Shown here one piece after another: positions 27,911 through 38,119 of a stretch of DNA of 64,000 bases (positions within the stretch are counted from its first letter, which is position 1; every line of letters begins with the position of its first letter). The position numbers and the translations under genes are program-made. This stretch comes from an uncultured Acidobacteriota bacterium (GTDB lineage: Bacteria > Acidobacteriota > Vicinamibacteria > Vicinamibacterales > CAVPJW01), in assembly GCA_963826865.1 (NCBI GenBank), contig CAWGYQ010000002.1, forward strand, positions 162,241 to 226,240, given 5' to 3'. The notes beneath the pieces were generated by a model, which was given only the letters and a program-made list of their open reading frames with translations, did not search any database and had not been told where the DNA came from.

Positions 27911-30904
27911 ATGACGGCCACCGTCACGGCCCAGCGCGCCGTCCGGCTCGAACGCCTTTCACCCAGCTTCTGGGGCGTCCTGCTGGTCGTCGCGCTCAGC
28001 ACGATCTATGTCGTGCTACAGGTGGCCACGGTACGTCCCTATCTCTGGCCAGCCGGCCATGGGCTCGCCCTGGAAGGCGACTCGACGTTTGCCGGTGCAG
28101 TCGACCACATTCTGTTACTCGGTCGTCCTCCCGACATCACCGAGCGGGAGCTGACGACCGTGCGCGCGATCGCGCCCGGCAGCCCCGCCGCGCACAATGG
28201 ACTCGAAGCAGGCGACGAGATCGCGGGCCTCGCGAGTCCACGGACCGGCGAGGCGATCGATATCGATCGCATGTCGAGCCCGGCGTCCCGCATCGACGCT
28301 TGGCGAACGGCCTACCGGATGGGCCTTCGCGGACCGGTCACGTTGACCGCGCGAAGGGGCGTGGGATCTGTCGAGCGTCGCGAGGTCGAGCTCGATCGTC
28401 CGTCGGCGTGGATGAGCGGAGCCGGGGTGGGTCCCTGGGCCAAGCGCCACGTGGGCATGATGGCGCAGATTGTGGTGTTCACGCTGTCGGCGATCGTACT
28501 GCTCGTGCTGCGAAGTGACGATCTGACGGCGGCGCTCGCCGTGATGGCGCTGACGCTCTGCGCGGTCGGCGGAGGCGGTCCGCTCATGGGGAGCGAGCTC
28601 ACGCTCCCGCCCGGGCTCCGGGAGGTGATGGGGCTTTTTGCCTGGATCGCCACACCGCTCGCCTTTCCGTTCACCGGGCTGGCGATTCTCTATTTCCCGT
28701 CGCGCTCGGCGCTGCTCGGACGGCGGCCGTGGCTGCACGCGCTGCCCTTTATCGCCTCCGCGCCGATGATCGTCATCGCGACGCTGACAGGGCTCTACCT
28801 GATTGGGCTCGACCGATTTCGCGGAGCCGCCATCTGGGACGCCCAGCATCCGACGGCGTACTACCTCTCATTTGCCGCCGCGCTGGCGATCAACGTGTGG
28901 GCCATCGTGGAGGGCGTCACACGCTACCAGCGGAACACGGACGCCGACGAGCGCCGTCGCATCCAGGTGGCCCTCTTCACGGCGGTGCCGGGTGTCTTCG
29001 CGTACACGCTCAAGGACGGCATGCCGCTCGCGGCGCTCCTGACGACCGGCATGCTTCTGGAGTACCCGTGGTGGGTGACGGCCATCCTGCAGGCGCTCGT
29101 GCTGCTGCCCGCGTTCGGACTCACTTATTCGGTCGCCGTGCATCGCGTGCTCGGGCCGCGCATGGTGCTCAGGAGCAGCGTCCAGTATGCCCTCGCCCGC
29201 AAGACGCTGACGGCGTTGGCGGTCCTGCCGGCGCTGGCCCTGGTGCTCTCGCTGATCAGCCAGCGCGACCAGCCGCTTTCCACGATCATCCGAAGCAACG
29301 CCCTGTTCGATGCCGTGATGCTCGGCGCGCTGGTCGTCGCGCTGAAATACCGGGAACGGGCGCGCACATGGCTCGACCGCCGTTTCTTCCGCGAGGAGTA
29401 CGACGCGCAGAAGATTCTGCTCTCGCTCGCCTCGAGAATCCCGTATGAAACGGACCCCAACGAGCTCACCTCGCTCGTGCTCAGCCAGATCGATCAGGCG
29501 CTCCATCCGGAGCTCATCGCCGTCATGGTCACGGGTATCGAGGAGGGCCACCTGACGCCGGTCTCGGTGCTACATGGCAGCGCCGATTCTCTGCCGCTCG
29601 ATGGCGGCCTCGTCGCGATGCTGCGCTGGTCGCAGGAGCCGCTGGACATCGACCTCAAGGATCCGAAGTCTCCCACGCGACGGCTGCCGGCCGCCGAGCG
29701 TGAGTGGCTCGAGTGCACGAACACCGCCTTCATCGTGCCGGTCAGTACGCCGTCAGGTGACAGCCGCGCGCTCGTCGCCGCGCTGGTCCTCGGACGCAAG
29801 CGATCGGAGCAGCCGTACACGGCCGAAGATCGCCAGCTGTTGTCGGCCGTCGCTGCGCAGGTGAGCGTGGCGCTCGACGTGGCACGGCTGCGCAGCCGGG
29901 CGACCGAGACGGCGACCCCGACGTCGATCGTGACGGTGACCGGCGCCGGCGCCCCGCTGCTGGTGGAGTGTCCCAGGTGCGGGCGATGCGAGGATGCCGG
30001 CACCGAGGCGTGTCCCGCGGACGGCACCCTGATGCAGACCGTGCTGGCCATTCCGCGTGTCGTGGACAACAAGTACCGCAACGACCAGGTCATCGGCCGC
30101 GGCGGCATGGGCGCAGTCTATCGCGCGCGCGATCTGAGGCTCGACCGGGACGTGGCGCTCAAAGTCGTGCGTGCCGAGCTGCTCTCCGACCCCGAGGCGC
30201 GCTCGCGGTTCCGGCGCGAAGCGCAAATCGTGGCGCGGCTGCAGCACCCCTCAGTGGTTTCCATCTTCGATTACGGCACCCTCCCCGATGGAGGCGCGTA
30301 TCTTGTGATGGAGTTCGTGCGCGGCGAGGATCTGCGCCACGCCCTGAGGCGAGTGGAACGCTTCGATGCTCCCGACGCCGTGCGCCTGCTCACGGCGATG
30401 TGTTCGGCTATCGAGGCCGCACACCGCGAGGGCATCCTCCACCGCGATCTGAAGCCCGAGAATGTGCTGCTGCCCCAGGCGGACGTCGAAGTAAAGGTGC
30501 TCGATTTCGGCGTGGCGAAACTCGTCGCCCTTCCCGACCGACCCGCCGCCGAGCGCGCACGCCTCCAGACCATCACCATGAAGGGACAAATCGTCGGCAC
30601 GCCGGCGTACATGGCGCCTGAACAGCTGCGCGCCGGCGACGTGGATGCGCGCACCGACGTCTTCAGCCTTGGCGTCATCGCCTACGAGCTGCTCACGGGC
30701 GAGCTGCCGTTCGGCAAGGATTCGATGGTCGACATCGCGATGCGGCAATCGAGCGAGCCGCCACCCATGAGCCGGCACGGCGTCCCGCCCTCTCTCGAGC
30801 GCGCGATCCGGCTCGCGATTCATCATGAGCCCTCGCGGCGGCCGGCCTCTCCTGCCTCCTTCGCGGCGGCTCTGCAATCGGCGCTCGCGGGCACACCAGC
30901 CTGA
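27911..30904 (+). CDS. Hanks-type Ser/Thr protein kinase with N-terminal PDZ, multi-TM and GAF-like sensor modules
   Basis: C-terminal kinase domain: VIGRGGMGAVYRARD, VALKVV, HRDLKPENVLL, DFGVAK, GTPAYMAPE. N-terminal TM segment plus a PDZ-like AIAPGSPAAHNGLEAGDEIAGL. About 8 hydrophobic segments follow. A GAF-like block ends in RQLLSAVAAQVSVALDVARL. Cys cluster CPRCGRCEDAGTEACP lies just before the kinase. I prefer ATG 27911 because 27872 overlaps the upstream gene. Confidence 0.85.
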   Translation: MTATVTAQRAVRLERLSPSFWGVLLVVALSTIYVVLQVATVRPYLWPAGHGLALEGDSTFAGAVDHILLLGRPPDITERELTTVRAIAPGSPAAHNGLEAGDEIAGLASPRTGEAIDIDRMSSPASRIDAWRTAYRMGLRGPVTLTARRGVGSVERREVELDRPSAWMSGAGVGPWAKRHVGMMAQIVVFTLSAIVLLVLRSDDLTAALAVMALTLCAVGGGGPLMGSELTLPPGLREVMGLFAWIATPLAFPFTGLAILYFPSRSALLGRRPWLHALPFIASAPMIVIATLTGLYLIGLDRFRGAAIWDAQHPTAYYLSFAAALAINVWAIVEGVTRYQRNTDADERRRIQVALFTAVPGVFAYTLKDGMPLAALLTTGMLLEYPWWVTAILQALVLLPAFGLTYSVAVHRVLGPRMVLRSSVQYALARKTLTALAVLPALALVLSLISQRDQPLSTIIRSNALFDAVMLGALVVALKYRERARTWLDRRFFREEYDAQKILLSLASRIPYETDPNELTSLVLSQIDQALHPELIAVMVTGIEEGHLTPVSVLHGSADSLPLDGGLVAMLRWSQEPLDIDLKDPKSPTRRLPAAEREWLECTNTAFIVPVSTPSGDSRALVAALVLGRKRSEQPYTAEDRQLLSAVAAQVSVALDVARLRSRATETATPTSIVTVTGAGAPLLVECPRCGRCEDAGTEACPADGTLMQTVLAIPRVVDNKYRNDQVIGRGGMGAVYRARDLRLDRDVALKVVRAELLSDPEARSRFRREAQIVARLQHPSVVSIFDYGTLPDGGAYLVMEFVRGEDLRHALRRVERFDAPDAVRLLTAMCSAIEAAHREGILHRDLKPENVLLPQADVEVKVLDFGVAKLVALPDRPAAERARLQTITMKGQIVGTPAYMAPEQLRAGDVDARTDVFSLGVIAYELLTGELPFGKDSMVDIAMRQSSEPPPMSRHGVPPSLERAIRLAIHHEPSRRPASPASFAAALQSALAGTPA

Positions 30905-30938
30905 AGCGTGGTGATCGTCTGACGCCGAGGACACGTCG

Positions 30939-32030
30939 ATGAGTGATCCCATCAATCTGACCGAGTTCGAAGCCCTGGCGCGCGAACGTATGGAGCAGAG
31001 CGCGTACGACTACTACGCGGGCGGCTCATGCGATGAGGTGACACTCGCGCGCAACGAACGCGCGTTCGACCGCTTTGCCCTCCGGCCGCGAATGCTGGTG
31101 GACGTCAGCCGCCTGGATGCGTCCACCGAGGTCCTGGGTCAACGGGTGAGCATGCCGATCCTGCTCGCACCCACGGCATTCAACCGTCTGGCGCACCCGG
31201 AAGGGGAAATGGCCGCGGCGCGGGCAGCGGGGCGCGCCGGTACCATCATGACGGTGAGCACGCTGGCCACGTGCTCGCTCGAGGAGATAGCAGCCCAGGC
31301 AACGGGAGCGCTGTGGTTTCAGCTCTACGTGTACAGAGACCGGGAGTACACGCGCGATCTCGTCCATCGCGCCGAGGAAGCCGGATTCCGGGCGCTCGTG
31401 CTGACGGTGGATTCGCCTCTCCTCGGTTGGCGGGAGCGCGACGTCCGAAACCGGTTCGCGCTGCCGGAGGGCATCACGATCAAGAACCTGGAGCACACGC
31501 GCCAACGGCTCGTGACGGCCGGAGCATGGACATCGGACATGAGCTTTTCCGAATACATCCATCGCATGATGGATCCCGCTCTCACGTGGGACAGTGTCGA
31601 CTGGCTGGCCTCGATCACGTCGCTTCCGATTCTCATCAAAGGCATTCTCATCCCCGAGGACGCGCGCCTCGCGGTCGCGTCCGGCGCGCGCGGCATCATC
31701 GTGTCGAACCATGGTGGCCGACAGCTCGACGGCGCCGAGGCGACGATCGTGGCACTGCCCAGGATCACCGATCAGGTCGGCAGCGACATGCCCGTGCTGA
31801 TGGACGGGGGCATCCGACGCGGCACCGACGTCCTCAAGGCCCTCGCCCTGGGCGCGCGAGCTGTACTCATCGGCCGGCCGTATCTCTGGGGTCTCGCCGC
31901 CGACGGTGAAGACGGCGTGTTCCGTGTGCTGCAGTTGCTCAAGCGGGAGCTCGAGCTCGCCATGGCGCTCTCAGGCCGCCCGACGATCGGGTCCATCGAC
32001 CGGACCCTGGTGACGCTCGCCGATGTCTGA
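30939..32030 (+). CDS. FMN-dependent alpha-hydroxy-acid dehydrogenase/oxidase (LldD/glycolate-oxidase family)
   Basis: 363-aa ORF. Motifs SMPILLAPTAFNRLAHPEGE, IIVSNHGGRQLDGA and MDGGIRRGTDVLKALALGA. Confidence 0.85.
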   Translation: MSDPINLTEFEALARERMEQSAYDYYAGGSCDEVTLARNERAFDRFALRPRMLVDVSRLDASTEVLGQRVSMPILLAPTAFNRLAHPEGEMAAARAAGRAGTIMTVSTLATCSLEEIAAQATGALWFQLYVYRDREYTRDLVHRAEEAGFRALVLTVDSPLLGWRERDVRNRFALPEGITIKNLEHTRQRLVTAGAWTSDMSFSEYIHRMMDPALTWDSVDWLASITSLPILIKGILIPEDARLAVASGARGIIVSNHGGRQLDGAEATIVALPRITDQVGSDMPVLMDGGIRRGTDVLKALALGARAVLIGRPYLWGLAADGEDGVFRVLQLLKRELELAMALSGRPTIGSIDRTLVTLADV

Positions 32031-32078
32031 TCGACCAACGTCGAGTATCCTTGACGCGTTTCGAGACCCGATCGTCCC

Positions 32079-33560
32079 TTGACCACTCGCGCCGCTTCCA
32101 CGCCGACCGAACCGGTCCGGCCCCACGGCCTGCTCCCGCCCTGGGGCGTCGCGCCGCTGCCTGCTCCTCCGGTCTTCACCCTGCGCAACGTGCTGGCCAC
32201 CATCGGGCCGGGCGTGATCGGGCTCGGTGTAGCCGTCGGCAGCGGCGAGTGGCTGCTGGGTCCGTCGATCATCGTGCGCTACGGCCCGACCCTGTTGTGG
32301 ATCACGACGGTCTCCGTCCTGCTGCAGATCTTTCTGAATCTCGAGATGGCCCGCTACACCATGTACACGGGCGAGCCGATCTTCGTGGGCTTCATGCGCA
32401 CGAAGCCCGGGCCGACGTTCTGGGGATGGCTGTACGCCGCACTCTCGTTTTTTCAGTACGGGTGGCCGGGCTGGGCGCTCGCCAGCGCCACGGCCCTCGC
32501 CGCGCTCGCGCTCGGCCGCACGCCGGGCGAGGCCGACCGCGGGTTGATTCTCATGCTTGGCTACACCACCTTCGGCATCTGCTTCGCGATCGCCAGCGCC
32601 GGCAAGAAGGTGGAGCAGACCATCGAATGGGCCATGTGGCTCATGGTGGCCTGGATTTTTCTGTATCTCTCGGGGATCGCGCTCTTCACGGTCTCCGCCG
32701 AGAATTGGCACACGATTTTCCGGGGCTTCGTGAGCGTCGGGTCCACGCCGAGCGGCGCCGACTGGCTGCTCCTGGGCGCCTTTGCCGCGTATTCAGGCCT
32801 CGGCGGTGTCGGCAACGCGTTCATCACGAACTGGATGCGCGACAAGGGCTTCGGGATGGGCGCCACGGTCGGACACATCCCGACGGCGTTCAGCGAGAGC
32901 ACCAGGCTCTCTCCACACGGCAACGTGTTCGTCCCGACGACGGAACACCTCAGTCGATGGTCGGCATGGTGGAGGTTCCTGAGCATCGATCAGTGGCTGA
33001 TCTTCGGCGCGGGCTCGATGCTCGGCATGGTGTTGACGGCCCTGATGACGCTCCAGTACGTGCCCCTGGGCACGACGGTCAGCCCGTGGGCCGTTGCGAA
33101 CATGCAGGCCGACGCGGTGGCCGCCGCAAACGGCGCCATCTTCAGGCCTCTGACGCTCATCTGCGGCTTCTGGGTGCTCTTCTCGACGCAACTCGGGCTC
33201 GTCGATGGACTGCCTCGAGCCGTCACCGACATCCTCTGGAGCTCCAGCGCGCGCGTGCGCGGCTGGCGCAACGGCGACGTGCGTGCCATTTACTACAGCG
33301 TGGTCGCGCTCTTTGCGTTATGGGGCTGCATTGCCATGAACCTGGCGCAGCCACTGACGCTCGTGATTATCAGCGCCAACGTCGCGGGCTTCGCACTGGT
33401 CGTCCAGTCCATTCACACGCTCGTGGTCAATCGAAGGTTTCTGCCGTCCGAGCTCCGACCGCCTCTCTGGCGCGAGTTGATTCTGGTCCTCTGCGTCGTC
33501 TTTTATGGCACCTTCATGACAGCGACGCTGACCATGTCACTTGGAGGCCTGGGCCGCTAG
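32079..33560 (+). CDS. Nramp-related polytopic membrane transporter (divergent)
   Basis: 493-aa ORF (TTG start in the track; the true start is uncertain) with about 11 TM segments. N-terminal TIGPGVIGLGVAVGSGEWLLGPSIIVRYGPTLLWI...LQIFLNLEMARYTMYTGE resembles Nramp TM1-TM2 but lacks the DPGN motif. Confidence 0.5.
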   Translation: MTTRAASTPTEPVRPHGLLPPWGVAPLPAPPVFTLRNVLATIGPGVIGLGVAVGSGEWLLGPSIIVRYGPTLLWITTVSVLLQIFLNLEMARYTMYTGEPIFVGFMRTKPGPTFWGWLYAALSFFQYGWPGWALASATALAALALGRTPGEADRGLILMLGYTTFGICFAIASAGKKVEQTIEWAMWLMVAWIFLYLSGIALFTVSAENWHTIFRGFVSVGSTPSGADWLLLGAFAAYSGLGGVGNAFITNWMRDKGFGMGATVGHIPTAFSESTRLSPHGNVFVPTTEHLSRWSAWWRFLSIDQWLIFGAGSMLGMVLTALMTLQYVPLGTTVSPWAVANMQADAVAAANGAIFRPLTLICGFWVLFSTQLGLVDGLPRAVTDILWSSSARVRGWRNGDVRAIYYSVVALFALWGCIAMNLAQPLTLVIISANVAGFALVVQSIHTLVVNRRFLPSELRPPLWRELILVLCVVFYGTFMTATLTMSLGGLGR

Positions 33561-33612
33561 AGCTTCGCCCGGCACGCGATTCCGCCCTCCCGCCCGACAG
33601 TAAAATCGCCTG

Positions 33613-36600
33613 ATGAGCCGTACGCCTCCGCCGGAGGGTCCGCTCGACGTCTTCCATCCCTCGGTCGCCACCTGGTTCCGGACAACCCTGGGCGTCCCGA
33701 CTTCCCCGCAGACACTCGGATGGCCTGCCATCGCGCGCGGCGAGTCGACGTTGATCCTGGCTCCCACCGGCACGGGGAAGACCCTGGCCGCCTTCCTGTG
33801 GGCCGTCAATCGGTTGATGTTTTCGCCGCCGCCAGCCTCGCGCGAGCGCTGCCGGATTCTCTATGTTTCTCCGCTCAAGGCTCTCGCGGTTGATGTCGAA
33901 CGCAATCTGCGCCGGCCGATCGAAGGCATTGCCAGAATCGCACGCGACAGCGGAGTCAATCCGGTCCTGCCCACGGTCTGGGTGAGGACCGGCGACACTC
34001 CGCCGCGCGAACGCGCGCGGTTCGAACGCCATCCCTCGGACATCCTGATCACGACGCCCGAGTCGCTCTATCTCCTGCTGACCTCGAATGCGCGGGAAGC
34101 GCTCGTTTCGATCGACACGGTGATCGTCGACGAGATTCACGCGCTCGTGCCGACCAAGCGCGGCGCCCACCTTGCGCTGTCGCTCGAAAGACTCCAGGCC
34201 CGCTGCCGGCGCGCGCCGCAGCGCATCGGGTTGTCGGCCACACAGCGGCCGCTGGACGAGGTGGCGCGGTTTCTCGGTGGCACCGATCGTTCTGCACCCG
34301 GCGCCGCCTGGCCGGGCCCAGAGCCCCGAATCGCCGACGATGACCCGGCAGTCGACTATCGCCCGGTGACGATCGTCGACGCCCGCGAGCCCAAGAGGCT
34401 GGCACTCAGGATCGAGGTGCCCGTCGAAGAGGTCGCGGTCGCTCGCGCGGGAGCGCCCTCAATCTGGGCCGCCATTCATCCCAGGCTGCTCGATCTCATT
34501 CGGAGCCGCCGCTCCACGTTGATATTCGTCAACAACCGCCGGCTTGCCGAGCGGCTGGCAGGCGCGCTGAACGATCTGGCGGGCCAGGTGCTGGCGCGCT
34601 CGCACCATGGATCGATCGCCCACCCCCAGCGCCTCGAGATCGAGGAGGCGCTCAAGGAAGGGCGGCTGCCGGCACTCGTCGCGACCTCGTCCCTTGAGCT
34701 CGGCATCGACATGGGGGCCATCGACCTCGTCGTGCAGATCGAAGCGCCCCCGTCGGTCGCCAGCGGGCTGCAGCGGATCGGACGGAGCGGTCACCACGTG
34801 GGCGCCGTCAGCGAGGGCGTCATTTTTCCTAAGTTCCGCGCGGATCTGCTGGCGTCGGCCGCCGCCACACGTGCGATGCGCCGCGGCGAGGTGGAGGCGG
34901 TCCGGTATCCCCGCCGTCCACTCGACGTGCTGGCGCAGCAGGTGACGGCAATGGTGGCCATGGACGACTGGGACGTGTCGGAGTTGTTCGACACCGTTCG
35001 CCGCGCCGCCCCGTTTGCCGGACTCGACCGCGAGATCTTCGACGGCGTGCTGGACATGCTCTCGGGCCGGTACCCCTCGGACGAATTCGCCCAGCTCAGG
35101 CCGCGGCTCACATGGAACCGGACGCGCCAGAGGCTGACCGCCAGGGAAGGCGCGCGGCGAGTGGCGGTGGTCAACGGCGGCACGATTCCCGATCGCGGAC
35201 TCTACGGCGTGTTCCTGATTGGCGGAGGTCAGGGAACGGCTCGCGTGGGCGAGCTGGACGAGGAGATGGTGTTCGAGAGCAAGGTCGGCGAAACCTTCGT
35301 GCTCGGGGCGTCCACCTGGCGAATCGAAGAGATCACGCACGACCGCGTGCTCGTGTCACCTGCTCCAGGACAGGCAGGCAAGATGCCCTTCTGGCGCGGC
35401 GATCGGGCCGGGCGGCCCGCGGAGTTCGGACAGGCCATCGGGTGCTTGACCCGCGAATTGAGCGCCGCACCGGACGTCGAGGCCATTGCCCGTCTCGTCG
35501 ATCACCATGATCTCGACGCGCGGGCGGCGACCAGTCTCGTGCAGTACCTCCGCGAGCAGGCCGTCGCGAGCCTGATTCCCGACGATCGCACCATCGTCAT
35601 CGAGCGATCGCGCGACGAGCTGGGCGACTGGCGGGTCGCGATCCTGTCGCCATACGGAGGGCGCGTGCACGCACCGTGGGCAATCGCCCTCTCCGCAAAG
35701 CTCCGCCACGAGCTGGGCATGGACGTCGAGACGCTGTGGAGCGACGACGGTCTGGTGGTGCGGTTGCCGGAGGCCGCAACGCCACCCGATCCGGGTGTGA
35801 TGGTGCCGGACGCGAACGAGATCGATCGGCTTCTCCTGCCGGAGCTCGCTTCTACGGCGCTCTTCGCCGGGAAATTTCGCGAAGCTGCGGCACGGTCGCT
35901 CCTTCTGCCACGCCGCCAGCCTGGTCGTCGCACACCGCTCTGGCAGCAGCGCCGGCGCGCAGCCGACCTGCTGGCGGTTGCCTCGAGGCACCGGTCGTTC
36001 CCGGTGTGGCTCGAGACATATCGCGAATGTCTGCTCGACGTATTCGACATGCCCGCCCTCAAGGATCTACTGAGCGCGGTGGCCAGCGGGAACATCAGCG
36101 TTCGATCGGTCGAGACCGGCCGCCCCTCTCCGTTTGCCGCCTCGCTGCTCTTCGGCTACGTCGCCAACTTCATCTACGAAGGCGACGCGCCGCTCGCCGA
36201 GCGCCGGGCACAAGCGCTGTCGGTCGATCAGTCGCAACTCAGGGAACTGCTCGGCGATGCCGAGCTGCGCGATCTGCTCGACCCTCGCGCCATTGCCGAC
36301 ATGGAACGCGAGCTGCAGTGCCTCGACGAGCGTTATCAGGCGCGACACATGGACGGCGTGCACGACCTCCTGCTTCGCATCGGCGACCTGACTCGCAACG
36401 AGCTGGGTGATCGTCTGGCGTCTCCTGAGCTGATGTCGGCCGTTGACGACCTGATGAGCGCAGGCCGGGCCGTTTCGCTCGTCATCGCCGGCGAGCCCCG
36501 TTTCGTGGCCATCGAGGACGGCGCGCGCTATCGCGACGCGCTCGGCTCTGTGCTTCCTGCGGACTTGCCCGAGGGGCTGAGCCGACCCGTTGCCGATCCT

Positions 36601-38119
36601 CTGGGCGATCTCGTCCTCCGGTACGCGCGCACACACGGTCCGTTTACCGAGCACGAGTGCGCGCTCCGGTTCGGGATCGACTCATCGGACGTTCGCCGCG
36701 TGCTGACGCGGCTCGTGGACGGCGGTCGCATCGTGGAAGGCGAGTTCAGGCCCGGGAGAAGCGGCCGCGAGTGGTCCGGGGCGGAAGTCCTCCGCCGCAT
36801 CCGGCGACGCTCGCTGGCAAAGCTCCGGCACGAAATCGAGCCGGTCGATACGTGCGCCCTCACCCGGTTTCTCGTGGAGTGGCACGGTCTCGTGCGCCCG
36901 CGGCCCGGTGTGGAGGCGCTGCTCGACGCCGTCGAGCAGCTTCAAGGCGCGCCGCTGTCGGCGTCGATCCTCGAAGCTGAAATCCTCTCCCGGCGCGTGC
37001 GGGCCTATGAACCTTCGGACCTCGACACGCTCATTGCTTCCGGCGACGTGGTGTGGATGGGGCTCGAGCCGATCGGTGAGCGGGATGGTCGCATTGCGCT
37101 GTACTCTGACCGCCACGCTCCCCGCGCTAATGCGGCGGCCATCGACCGATCCGCTGGATCGCCGCGAGACGCTCATCGTCGAGCACCTGAAGGCGCGGGG
37201 CGCATCGTTTTTCGCGGAGCTGCACCAGGCATCTGGCGGCGGCTACCCGGCCGAGACGGTGGGAGCGATCTGGAGTCTCGTGTGGAAGGGCCTGCTCACC
37301 AACGACACCTTGCAACCGCTCCGAACGTTTGTCCGGAGGCCCGAGCCGCGTCGTCGTCGCGAGGCCGATGAGGCCATCGCGGCTCGACCGCGCCGTTTTT
37401 CGCCGCCTTCCACCGAGGGACGCTGGTCGCTCGTCGGCTCGCGCGTGACGGGAACGGTTTCCGCCACCGAATGCCTGACGTCGCTCGCCCGCGCCTTGTT
37501 GACCCGATACGGCGTGCTCACGCGCGAGGCAGTCCTCGCCGAAGGGATCGAGGGAGGCTATACCGCCGTTTATCCGGCCCTCAAGGCGATGGAAGAACTC
37601 GGACGCATCCGCCGCGGGTATTTCGCCGAAGGGCTGGGCGCCACGCAGTTTGCGCTGGCATCCGCGCTCGAGCTTCTTCGCTCACATCGTGATCCGGTCG
37701 ACCTGCCGCAAACGGTGCACTTGGCCGCGACCGATCCTGCCAATCCGCACGGAGCCGTCGTCCCGTGGCCGCCTGCACCGCGAGCCGAGGCCAGCCTCGA
37801 AGACGCGCCACGCAGGGCCCGCGACGTCGGCGCCAGCGTGATCCTGGTCGATGGTGCGGTCGGTGCGTATCTTGGACGCGGCGGCCGGCAACTGCTGGTC
37901 TACCTGCCCGACGACGAGCCGGGGCGCTCACGGGTGGGCTGGGAGGTGGCGCGCGTGTTGATGGATATCGCGCGCGACGGCGTGGACGGGCGCCCGGGCA
38001 TGTTGATCGGCGAAGTGAACGGCCTGAGCGCGTTCGACCACCCGCTCGCGCCGTTTCTCGCGAGGGCCGGATTCGTCAGAACCGCGCTGGGCTACCAGGC
38101 GCGCTTCGCCGCGTCTTGA
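33613..38119 (+). pseudogene. lhr: Lhr-family ATP-dependent DEAH-box helicase (about 1501 aa), frame broken by a 1-nt insertion near 37101-37105
   Basis: ILAPTGTGKTLAAFL (Walker A), VIVDEIHAL (DEIH), HHGSIAHPQRLEIEEALKEGRLPALVATSSLELGIDMG, plus a long Lhr C-terminal region. The ORFs 33613-37371 and 36908-38119 overlap. The protein-like sequence switches frame at ...GERDGRIALY / LTATLPALMRRPSTDPLDRRETLIVEHLKARGASFF. The span is 4507 nt, i.e. 1502 codons plus 1. Confidence 0.85.

Noticed and set aside
38092-38119. 28-nt convergent overlap of the lhr and YdeP-like 3' ends as a possible regulatory antisense arrangement
   Set aside because: Both C-terminal tails are poorly conserved regions, and short convergent overlaps are common in compact GC-rich genomes. 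There is no additional structure to support a specific function.
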